From the NCBI RefSeq assembly GCF_001194135.2, contig NC_068989.1, positions 39,793,636 to 39,857,635 on the forward strand: a DNA stretch of 64,000 nucleotides. Reading direction: 5' to 3'. Source of the DNA: Octopus bimaculoides. Taxonomy: Eukaryota. Positions 26,101 through 36,039 of this stretch are shown in pieces. A program made the translations under genes and the position numbers. The notes below the pieces were generated by a model. The model saw only the letters and a program-made list of their open reading frames with translations. It made no database searches and had not been told where the DNA came from. Position 1 is the stretch's first letter; each line of letters opens with the position of its first letter.

Positions 26101-26657
26101 CCAATGATTGGATGGTATGATATGAATAGGTGAGCCAGAGGGCTGAATCATGCTCTAATGTCTGCATTGGCATAGTTTCTGTCGCTAGATGCTCTTCTAA
26201 TGTCAACTACTTCTCAGAGTGTGCTTGGTGTTTTTTTCATTCACCAGTACTGATGCAGTCATCAAGCAGCACCTGCAAGACAAGATACCTTGACTGAGTG
26301 GAGCAGAGTATTGAAGAATAAGAAAGTAAGACAGAGAGACAAGAGCAGGTGTCTTACTGAAGAGCTGAATAGATGGCATTCCCATTTGGAAATAAAGGGC
26401 AAGAGAGATGTAAGGTCAGAGTACAAGATGAATATGACAAACAGAATAGGATAAAAGAACAGTAGAGGTGTGTCACCATAATGATAGATCAAATATCTAC
26501 TTTAGTAGATAGCTATATCTTTTAGAAAAGAATCTCTCAATATCTGGTATTTATTTCATTGATCTTTAAGTAATATAATGCTAAAGTGAACTTGTTACAA
26601 TTTGCCAAGCAGATATGCATTCACCAAGCTAATGACCAATCTGTGGCTATTTTTCAG

Positions 26658-26785
26658 TGTCTGCTGAAACATATCTCAGGGAATGTTTGACAATCAGTAA
26701 TGCTGTGCATGGAGAAAAGCACCATAAAACATTGATTGTGGAGGATGAACTGGTGAGAGTTTTACTAAAGACAAATCGTCGCCAG
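26658..26785 (+). CDS. TTC23: Internal exon of TPR protein, TTC23-like (V|SAETYLRECLTISNAVHGEKHHKTLIVEDELVRVLLKTNRRQ)
   Basis: TTTTTCAG| acceptor, CAG|GTTGGT donor, 128 bp = 2 + 42 codons. TPR-like AExYLxECLxIxxxxHGExHxKT pattern; resembles the TTC23 AEQYFQES...KFLSIQDE segment as recalled from memory. Confidence 0.8.
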
Positions 26786-27008
26786 GTTGGTAAAATACTA
26801 ATTTCCTTTTCAAAAGTATCAGATTGAGTTGTCTTAAAATGTCAGTAATGATATCAATACATTAATATTTCTCTAACGATTATTACAGTTAAATTAAAGC
26901 ATCATTTTTAAATACAGTTCTATATTTAAGAGATGAGGAATTATGTACATTATTTACATTATTTACATTATTTACATTTGACAGATATTTGTCCTCATCT
27001 TGTATGCC

Positions 27009-27264
27009 TGTGAGCATATGGCGTAGTGGTTAGGAGCGCGGGCTACTAATCCCAAAATTCCGAGTTCGATTCCAGTCAGTGACCTGAATAATAATAATAA
27101 TAATAATAATAACAACATCGAAAAAATACCTTAGGAATGAGAACCCAGGTTCGAAATTTCCCCAAGACACCTGATGAAGGCTGGAGGGTACATCAGCCGA
27201 AACATTGTGTTAACAACAATCAAGATGAGGACAAATATCTGTCAAATATAAATAATGTAAATAA
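27009..27264 (+). mobile_element. tRNA-Ser-like-headed SINE with hammerhead motif and PLE-like end
   Basis: A box TGGCGTAGTGG 27019-27029, anticodon-arm-like GGGCTACTAATCC (cf. tRNA-Ser GGACTGCTAATCC), B box GAGTTCGATTCC 27062-27073, (AAT)n, hammerhead at 27167-27210, and a 44-bp end inverted at 26959-27002. Confidence 0.7.
27167..27210 (+). ncRNA. Minimal type-I hammerhead ribozyme motif (probably impaired)
   Basis: ACAC-CTGATGA-A-GGCTG[GAGGGTACAT]CAGCC-GAAAC-ATT-GTGT: helix I ACAC/GTGT, helix II 5 bp, core words intact. The helix-III palindrome AACGTT reads AACATT here. Confidence 0.65.
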
Positions 27265-28387
27265 TCACTTTTAAAGTATTAATTAATGAATATTAAAGAT
27301 CTTATTAATTTTTCAAAATATTTAAAAGAATTTAAAATATTCAGAAAATCCTATTAAAAAATGATTGGTGTTATTTGAATTATTAGAAAGAATTCCAACG
27401 AAACCAAGAAGGTTACATGTACTGAAGTAGTGTTCTTTCCATTACTTTAACCATAAATATCCTTATCTTTATGAAACTCTTCACTGTCACCATCCTCTCT
27501 CAATGGAGATGTATTCCACCCTACTGAAGACTACACACGAAAATGCAATGGTAGTGTAGGTTGTGGTGGCAGAGCCTTCAACACCTGATGAAATCATAGT
27601 GATATTGTCATAACATACTATGTATCCTAGGCATTTTAAAACAAATGGAGCTCATCCCTCCCCAGATCTGAACATAACTGGTTTTTTCTAAAGGAATGGG
27701 GATGGGGAGAGAAAGAAAGAGAAGAGTTAATCTCAGTTCTTGAGCGGTACTTTATATATTGACCCCAAAAGGAAGTTGAACTTGGCAAGATTTGAACTCA
27801 GAGTACAGAGAACCAGAACAAATACCACAAAGTATTCTAATGACTGCCAATCAATTTCCTTGTGAGTGTCTTTCATGCTCATTCCTAACATTGTTAGTTG
27901 CATCCTCCCCCATTGCTTATGCACATTTCAAAAACCATTCATCTATGGTATATATTTTTTCATATTCGGAGTATGAAGAAATATGTTCAGAATATATCTT
28001 TGGCAGAGCAGAGGACTGTGTCAAAGATACATTCCAAATCAATAAAGAACATACTGGACAATTTAATCTTAAATAAACCACATTGGATGGTTACAAATAG
28101 AATGTTTTTGATCATAGATCTGCTTGATCCTGAGCTTAACAGCAGCAGTAACAACAGCAATAGACTCAGTTACTCCGTCTATCTACCTTCTCTACTATGA
28201 ATATACTGATACATTTCATTCTGGAATTGTTATTCTATGTGAGCCATCTAACTGAAGGAATTGAAGAATCACCTCATCATATTTTTGCACAGAATGTATA
28301 TCAATTGCCTCTACTGTAAAAGCTTAATTATCTCACCACATCTTTCTTTCATTATGCTAAAATTAATTTCTAACTGATATTTTGCAG

Positions 28388-28537
28388 GAGGCTTTAAAGA
28401 TACTTCAGTCAGGGATCACCAGGAAATGTGCTGTACATGGTTACTATTCAGAGAAGGTTAGCAATGCTCATAGTCTTATTGCATCGGTACATCTAGCAGA
28501 TGGTGATATTGTTACGGCTTTGAAATCACATCAGCAG
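28388..28537 (+). CDS. TTC23: Internal exon of TPR protein, TTC23-like (EALKILQSGITRKCAVHGYYSEKVSNAHSLIASVHLADGDIVTALKSHQQ)
   Basis: TTTGCAG| acceptor, CAG|GTAAAT donor, exactly 50 codons, phase 0-0 after exon 26658-26785. Resembles TTC23 ERATSILRES...FGDFSPEVAETYRLLG..LAQG (from memory). Confidence 0.85.
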
Positions 28538-28959
28538 GTAAATGGATTAATTATCATTGTAAGGATGTAATTAATTTCCATTAGATTTCTAGTGGAAGAC
28601 ATCATATAATTAAGTCGTCAATGTTGTTTTTATTTGTGGCATCATTGCTACTGTTGTCATCATCAAGAGCAAGGGATTAGCATGATCATTAGAGCATGAG
28701 ACAAAAATATATTGCAACATTTGTTTTATGTCTTTGCATTCTGATTTCAAATCCTATCAAAATCAACTTTGCTGTTCATCCTTTCAGGATTGATAAATTA
28801 AAGTACACCAGTCAAGTACTGAGGTCAATACAATTGATTAACCTCTTCATTACTTCTTCATATCCAAATTTGTGTCATAGTCTGGCCCTTGGCCTTGCCA
28901 GTTCCTGTCAAGTCATCCAACCAACACCAAAATGGAAAACTGATGTTAAATGTTCAATA

Positions 28960-29101
28960 TTCTTCTTCTTCTTCTTCTTCTTCTTCTTCTTCTTCTTCTT
29001 CTTCTTCTTCTTCTTCTTCTTCTTCTTCTTTTTTCTTCTTCTTCTTCTTCTTCTTCTTCTTCTTCTTCTTCTTCTTCTTCTTCTTCTTCTTCTTCTTCTT
29101 C
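28960..29101. repeat. (TTC)n microsatellite abutting an RLE-LINE 3' end
   Basis: About 140 bp of near-pure TTC, read directly. Confidence 0.95.
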
Positions 29102-29435
29102 AGTAGTTTTATTTTTATAGCGTGCTTTCACTTCACTACCGAGCGCAGCTCTGTGTGCCTTGGGTATGTGCTGTGGTTTGCTGTGATGCTCTTATGGTTA
29201 CCGTATTGAAAGTGTTTTGCATAAGATGTGTGCAGTGCCCAGTAGTGCAATTTTCTGTATGTTATATATATTTGAAAGTCCTGGTGTTTTTGTTATGTAT
29301 TTGTCTGAATATTTTTTTATCATACCTAATGTGCCAACTATGATAGGAATTGTTTTTGTTTTTAGATTCCACATTCGAGTTACCTCTATTTCCAGGTCTT
29401 TGTATTTTGAAAGTTTCTCCATTTCTTTTAGAGAA
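29102..29435 (-). mobile_element. R4/Dong-type non-LTR retrotransposon 3' end with 3' UTR
   Basis: ORF EKLSKYKDLEIEVTRMWNLKTKTIPIIVGTLGMIKK...IQKIALLGTAHIL is the C-terminus of the RLE domain; UTR runs into (GAA)n on the element strand. Confidence 0.85.
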
Positions 29436-29809
29436 ACGTTGTCATCTGCTTATTATTATTATTTTTTTTTTTTATAATTATTATTGTGAGTTTTTGATCT
29501 TTCAGTTTTGTTTTCATTTCTTGCCGAGTGCCCTCCCGACAACTTGGGCAAAGAAACTCAAATCATATATTAATAAGCCATTAAAATAAACACACCAGAT
29601 TGTTCATTTATAAAACCAAGTTATGTGAAGAGAAAAAGAAAGAAAGAAAAATGAAAGGAAAAGGAAGAAGAAAACAAAAAAAAATTTACATGGGTTGTAA
29701 TTGTTCTCATAGCGACAATGCTCTTCTTAATATATGTGATGTACAAGTTAAAACAATCTTTTGCACTTCTTGCATGGATAGTAAGCCAAGGATCATTGTC
29801 AAATAAGTT

Positions 29810-30360
29810 TCAGTTTCTTTTTTGAGCAAATCCTAGTGCCCCTGCAATCACTGGTATTGTAACCGCCTTGAGATGCCACATATTTTCTAGTTCGATGAGC
29901 AAATTGTTATATCTTCTGAGCTTGTCAAATTCTTTTGCCAAGATATGATCACAAGGAATACTCATGTTGATCAATAAACAAACCTTATTGTTTTGGTCTT
30001 TCACAACAATATCTGGTGTATTAGCTTTGATGGTTTGGCTTGTATGTACTGGGAAGTCCCAAAGAATTATTACATTTACTCCCTCAGTTACAGATTCAGG
30101 GTGGCGATTATACCACTTGCTGGCAGTTTTGATTTCATAATGCTGACATATAAACCAGTATAGATATTGGCCAACTCTGTCATGTCTTGATTTATACTCC
30201 ACTGGTGCTAAAACTTTACAGCCAGAAATTAGGTAGTCCACTGTTTCAATCACATCATTGCAGAATTGGTATTCTGGATCTACTCCATTTTTTCTCACAT
30301 CAGCTTGGTTGTTACAGGTTGATAATCTTTGATCTTGAGCAGCTAAGATAAGGCTTTCAC
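29810..30360 (-). mobile_element. R4/Dong-type LINE remnant: CCHC knuckle plus PD-(D/E)xK endonuclease
   Basis: ESLILAAQDQ...FCNDVIETVDYLISGC...RHDRV...LWDF...NTPDIVVKD...KEFDKL...IPVIAGALG are canonical RLE motifs, partly degenerate. Confidence 0.9.
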
Positions 30361-30439
30361 TCTCTACCTTCGTCACCATTGCTGTCGTCATCACTGTTGA
30401 CTTTGTTGCTGCCGCTGCCGCTGCTGCTGCTGCTGCTGC

Positions 30440-30476
<37 letters not shown>

Positions 30477-30478
30477 GC

Positions 30479-30515
<37 letters not shown>

Positions 30516-30516
<1 letters not shown>

Positions 30517-30691
30517 GGGTGATGGCTGAGTGGGCAGAATCATTAGTATGCTGGGCAAAATACTTAGTGGCATTTCGTCAACTTTGCATTTCATCCTTTC
30601 AGAGTTGATAGTACCATCAGAGCACTGGGTCCAGTGCTATTGACTTACCTCTCCCTTCATATTTGCTGGCCTTGTGCTAGCATTTGAAACT

Positions 30692-30732
<41 letters not shown>

Positions 30733-31148
30733 TATTATTTTTATCATTATTGTGGCAAGCTGGCAAAATTGTTAGCATACTAGACAAAATACTTAGTGGC
30801 ATTTCATCTACTTTCACCTTCCAAGTTCTAAAACTTCCAAAGTCAACTTTGCCCTTCTTCTTTTGAGCTCAATAAATTAAGTACCAGTTGAGCACTGGGG
30901 TTGATGTAATTGACTAATCAATCCCCTCCCCACAAAATTTTAGTCCTTGTGCCTTGAGTGTAAAGGGTTGTCAATATTAATCTTATCATTATTTATTATA
31001 AAGGCAGCAAGCAGGCACGATTGTTAGCAAGCTGGATGAAATGCTTAGTAGTATTTTGTCCATCACTACGTTTTGAGTTCAAATTCTGCTGATGTTGGCT
31101 TTGCCTTTCATCCAAATTTCAGGCCTTGTGCCTTTAGTAGAAAGGATA
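30516..31148 (+). mobile_element. Cluster of three family-A SINEs
   Basis: Copies at ~30516, ~30752 and ~31000 separated by (ATC)n/(ATT)n. Confidence 0.8.
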
Positions 31149-31269
31149 ATCATTATGATGCTGTTGATGATGATATTTCATTTTTGAAAGTCTCAGATAC
31201 TAAGATATTAAACCATCTGGACATTTCAGTTAGGAAGCAGTCAACAAGTTGACAACGGTCCCTTAATGC

Positions 31270-32060
31270 TTCTTCTCTTGTGCCTTACATAGACAGCACT
31301 TTCTTTAAAATCCTTGCTGTACTCAGAAGTGCTGTCTTTTGCAAGACCTGTAACTTTGCATCAATTCCAATTTTATTTATGCAGTCCTTGAAACTGTCTG
31401 ATATGCGTCCCGATGTTCTGACTTCCACTGGAATCACTAAGATTTTCTTTATTTCCCACAACTTTCCAACTTCCTCCTTCAGTGGCTCATACTCCTCCAT
31501 CTTTTCATACTCTTTATCTTTCACTTTGGTGGAGGTGCAATGGCCCAATGGTTAGAGAAGTGGACTCGCGGTCATAGGATCGTAGTTTCGATTCCCAGAC
31601 CAGGCGTTGTGAGTGTTTATTGAGCGAAAACACCTAAAGCTCCACGAGGCTCTGGCAGAGGATGGTGGCGAACCCTGCTGTACTCTTTCACTACAACTTT
31701 CTCTCACTCTTACTTCCTGTTTCTGTTGTGCCTGTAATTCAAAGGGTCAGCCTTGTCACACTGTGTCACGCTGAATACCCCTGAGAACTACGTTAAGGGT
31801 ACACGTGTCTGTGGAGTGCTCAGCCACTTGCACGTTAATTTCATGAGCAAGCTGTTCTGTTGATCGGATCAACTGGAACCCTCAATGTCGTAAGCGATGG
31901 AGTGCCAACAACAACAACAATCTTTCACTTTACTATCTCCTGGGATAGACATATCGACAACTTCACTTTCATTTTTCTGAAATCGATGAACCAAAGTATC
32001 AGTCACGAACTAGGGATGATATAATTATTTATACCCTCCTCACCAGATTTCAAGTCTTGT
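31270..32060 (-). mobile_element. Third R4/Dong-type RLE 3' fragment, split by a family-C SINE
   Basis: KVKDKEYEKMEEYEPLKEEVGKLWEIKKILVIPVEV...LQKTALLSTARILKKVL; the coding remnant resumes beyond the SINE at 31932. Confidence 0.8.
31528..31919 (+). mobile_element. tRNA-derived SINE, family C, with TSD
   Basis: A box TGGCCCAATGG, B box GTTTCGATTCCC, (CAA)n tail; TSD ATCTTTCACTTT at 31516-31527 and 31920-31931. Confidence 0.92.
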
Positions 32061-32159
32061 GATTATATTAAAAACAATTGGAATCATCATCTTCATCATT
32101 TAGTATTGTTGTTTTTATTACGATTACTGGAATTTCTTCTGACTACTTACATACTGAGC

Positions 32160-32722
32160 TCAAATTCCATTGGTGTCAACATTGCCTTTCATTGTTTTGA
32201 GGACAATAAAACAAGTACCAGTTGAACACAGTTTGAACATTCCCCCTCTAAAATAGCTAGTTTTGTTCCAATATTTCAAACCATTATCATTATTATTATT
32301 AAGGTGGTGAGCTAACAGAATTGTTAAGACCCCAGGTGAAATACTTAATGGCATTTTGTTTGCCTTTACGTTTTGAGTTCAAATGCTGCCGAGGTCAACT
32401 TTGCCTTTCATCCTTTCAGGTTCGATGAAATCAGTACCAGTTGCATACTTGACTCTATCTAATTGACTGGCCCCCCCTCCCACCAAATTTCAGGCCATGT
32501 GCCTATAGTAGAAAGGATTATTATTTAGGCAGCAAACTAGCAGAATCATTAGCATGCCAGGCAAAATGCTTTGTAGCATTTTGACCATCTTTACATTCTG
32601 AGTTGAAATTCTGTCAAGGTTGACTTTGCCTTTCATCCTTTCAGGGTTGATAAAATAAGTGCCAGTTGAGAAATGGGGTCAATGTAATTGACTTACTCCT
32701 CCTGTGTCAAAATTTGAAACCA
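32160..32722 (+). mobile_element. Cluster of three family-A SINEs
   Basis: Cores at ~32185, ~32402 and ~32628, separated by (ATT)n. Confidence 0.8.
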
Positions 32723-32779
32723 TTATCATTATTATTATTGTTGTTGTTGTTGAAATAAGATGTCTCTACTGTTAATATC

Positions 32780-33158
32780 GGAGGCGCAATGGCCCAGTGG
32801 TTAGGGCAGCGGACTCGTGGTCATAGGATCATGGTTTCGATTCCCAGACCGGGCGTTGTGAGTGTTTATTGAGCGAAAACACCTAAAGCTCCACGAGGCT
32901 CCGGCAGGGGATGGTGGTAAACCCTGCTGTACTCTTTCACCATAACTTTCTCTCACTCTTACTTCCTGTTTCTGTTGTGCCTGTAATTCAAAGGGTCAGC
33001 CTTGTCACACTGTGTCATGCTGAATATCCCCGAGAACTACGTTAAGGGTACACATGTCTGTGGCGTGCTCAGCTGCTTGCCCGTTAATTTCACGAGCAGG
33101 CTGTTTCGTTGATCGGATCAACTGGAACCCTCGACGTCATAAGAACGGAGTGCCAACA
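32780..33158 (+). mobile_element. tRNA-derived SINE, family C, with TSD
   Basis: Highly similar to 31528-31919; TSD ACTGTTAATATC at 32768-32779 and 33159-33170. Confidence 0.92.
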
Positions 33159-33788
33159 ACTGTTAATATCATCTGAGGATAAAATTTTAAAATTAATGAT
33201 ATCACCAGCAGAGACAAGTGGATTACAGGCACAGTAGCATTATATAGCTATAAATTATAAATTTGCACTAAGCATAATGATGCTTAAAGAGCATTCAGCT
33301 GCTAGAAATATGAGTTTGAGTCTTAAATTAATCCACCATACAGCACCAATTAACAGAGAAAAACAATTTGCAAAGAAAATGGAAAGAATTAATACATTTA
33401 ACAGCACAAAATAAAATATTATGCAGTTTAGGACATCCACATACTCGGGTTTCAGCTTTTGGATATTTTATCCTTGAGCCTTATCAATGTGAACTACCCA
33501 GTAAGAATTCACGACCATAACGTTAAACTTTGACTGTGCAACTGGTTTTGTTTTTGCACCAAAAACAGAACACATGGTGCAGAAAAATTATAAGCAAAAC
33601 ATTCAAACACTAAGATTTGAAACAAGATGTCTCTGCTGTTGATATCTTCTGTGGATAAAATTTTTAGATTAATGATATCACCAGCAGAGACATAAGTAGA
33701 TTGCAGGCACAATAGCATTATATAGCTATGAATACACGCATAACCTATTATACTAATAGAATGCTTGGTTGTACCTTGATTATTGCTG

Positions 33789-33844
33789 AAACACTCTAGT
33801 CTATGTTATGATTGGTTCCAATTGTAAGGTAGACTAGAGTGTTT
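33789..33844 (+). other. 56-nt near-perfect hairpin (pre-miRNA-like or tiny foldback)
   Basis: 15-bp perfect outer stem AAACACTCTAGTCTA/TAGACTAGAGTGTTT, continuing inward with 3 G-T pairs and one mismatch. Confidence 0.6.
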
Positions 33845-34329
33845 TTTTAATTATATATTCTTTCACAGAATAAAATTTTGAGTATTCTTACCTTGTCTAT
33901 TGTCCTGAAAGTATTTGAATAGAAATTTTTTTCCTCCAAATTTATAAGCAAAACTGTCATGGTTGCTTCTTGACCACACACACATTCTCTCTCTCTCACA
34001 GCATCCATTTATATTGTTGATATGCTGTCATTATAATTACATTCTTGATTTGTTTTTGCCTTCAAAGTTTATAATATACATACCAAGTGTTGTAAATATA
34101 CACATATAAATAGATATAGTTCAAGTTTTTGCCATTCGATTTCATTCTTTTGACTTCTTTTTATCAAGGCTAGAATGTTTTGGAAATACTGTTCAACTTC
34201 TCGCTTTTGATTCAATAGAATTTTTGACACATACACATTGTCCCTTTCTTAAACACACACACAAACTCTTTCTTACACACACATAGCTTGCACACAGACA
34301 CATGCACTCTCTCTCACTCTCTCTCTTAT

Positions 34330-34557
34330 ACAGCATATGCACATACACTCTGTTTCTCTCATACACACATGCACACACACATACACACACTCCCTCTCAC
34401 ACACACACACAGACATACAGCACACACACAGACTCTGTCTCTGTCACACACACACATACACACAGAGCACACACATACACACCCACCGGCAAACACTCTT
34501 TCTCTCTCTCTCTCACACGCACACAAATGCACATTCTCTCTCTCTCTCTCTCTCTCT

Positions 34558-34593
<36 letters not shown>

Positions 34594-34600
34594 TGCACAT

Positions 34601-34631
<31 letters not shown>

Positions 34632-34647
34632 ACGCACAAATGCACAT

Positions 34648-34696
<49 letters not shown>

Positions 34697-34732
34697 TACA
34701 TTATTNNNNNNNNNNTCTCTCTCTCTCTCTCT

Positions 34733-34768
<36 letters not shown>

Positions 34769-34775
34769 TGCACAT

Positions 34776-34806
<31 letters not shown>

Positions 34807-34822
34807 ACGCACAAATGCACAT

Positions 34823-34869
<47 letters not shown>

Positions 34870-34875
34870 TACATT
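34330..34875. repeat. Compound (CA)n/(CT)n microsatellite with recurring CACAAATGCACATT spacer
   Basis: Read directly; partly duplicated across the N gap at 34706-34715. Confidence 0.9.
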
Positions 34876-34974
34876 ATTTTGCCTAATTCATTCCTTTGAC
34901 TTTTATTCATTGATTTGTTATTACTTTCCTAATACATTATCATATACACAAATACATACTGATCAATTATACCA

Positions 34975-35243
34975 TGCGGAAAGAGAAGGGGATCATCAGG
35001 GTCAAAGGATAATGCCAAATGGTGTCAGGAAGCAGCAGAAATAAGGAGACAACAGCAAACAGCTGAGATGATGGCAGCACAACTCCAGGAAAACAGAATC
35101 AGGGAATAAAAAGGAGAAAGAGAAACTGAAGAGGACAGGAATGCACATCCTCAGGATGTAAGACAAAAAGCAAATAGCAGAAACTTTGATCCATTAAGGC
35201 TTTGCAATGGGACACAGATGATTGCGTGTGTGTGTGTGTGTGC

Positions 35244-35281
<38 letters not shown>

Positions 35282-35890
35282 CAATGACACAGATGATTGT
35301 ACAAAAATTGCAAGAGCAAGACAATGAGGCTTATGAAAGAAATGACCAAGGACTGAGATATCTAGCACATTGTTGTACTGAAGAAGACCTGTCCACCACA
35401 GTAAAATTGACACCAGTACTGGTGTCAAGTTAAAAGCACCCAGTATACTCTATGGAGTGGTTGGCATTAGGAAGGGCATCGAGCCAGAGAAACCATGCCA
35501 GAACAGACAATAGATCCTAGTGTGATCCCTGGCCTTAGCATCCAGTCAAACTATCCAACCCATGCTACCATGGATAATGGACATTAAATGATGACTATGA
35601 TGATGATAATGAATCTAATCATAGCAAAGATCAATGTAGGTGCATGCAAAAATGACATTGTCCTGATTCCTAGTAATAAGCTCAATTCATCAGACAGTGA
35701 CGATATATCTGTTCGGTTGACCCAGTTCCCAATACAGTTGTGTTTTGCAATGATTATACATAAAGTACAAGGACAAACCATGCAGAATGTTTTAATTTTT
35801 CTTGAGAAACCAGTATTCCAGCATAGCCAGCTGTATGTGGCATTAAGCTGGGGAATAAAGAATGGAAATAAAAATAATTTTTAGGCAAGG
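34975..35890 (+). mobile_element. Collapsed Helitron remnant (N-terminal repeat region plus PIF1-like helicase C-terminus)
   Basis: 35612-35860 encodes QFPIQLCFAMIIHKVQGQT...VFQHSQLYVALS (helicase motifs V/VI). 34975-35200 encodes RETEEDRNAHPQDVRQKQ, like the ETxEERxxRL repeats at Helitron N-termini (weaker evidence). An RTE-type tail lies at ~35380-35610. Confidence 0.75.
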
Positions 35891-36039
35891 CAGGTCTACC
35901 AGAAATATTGTTTTAAAAAGTGTTCTTTAAACAACCAAGAGGCACAGTTATCATTCTTCTTTAATACAGAAAGCATTATCAATACCCTTTCAGATAATGT
36001 TTACATATTCACAATTTTCTTCACGCATTTAACATATTA

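Noticed and set aside
27009-27085. Possible tRNA-Ser gene
   Set aside because: No acceptor stem or long variable arm, and it runs into SINE body sequence; treated as a SINE head.
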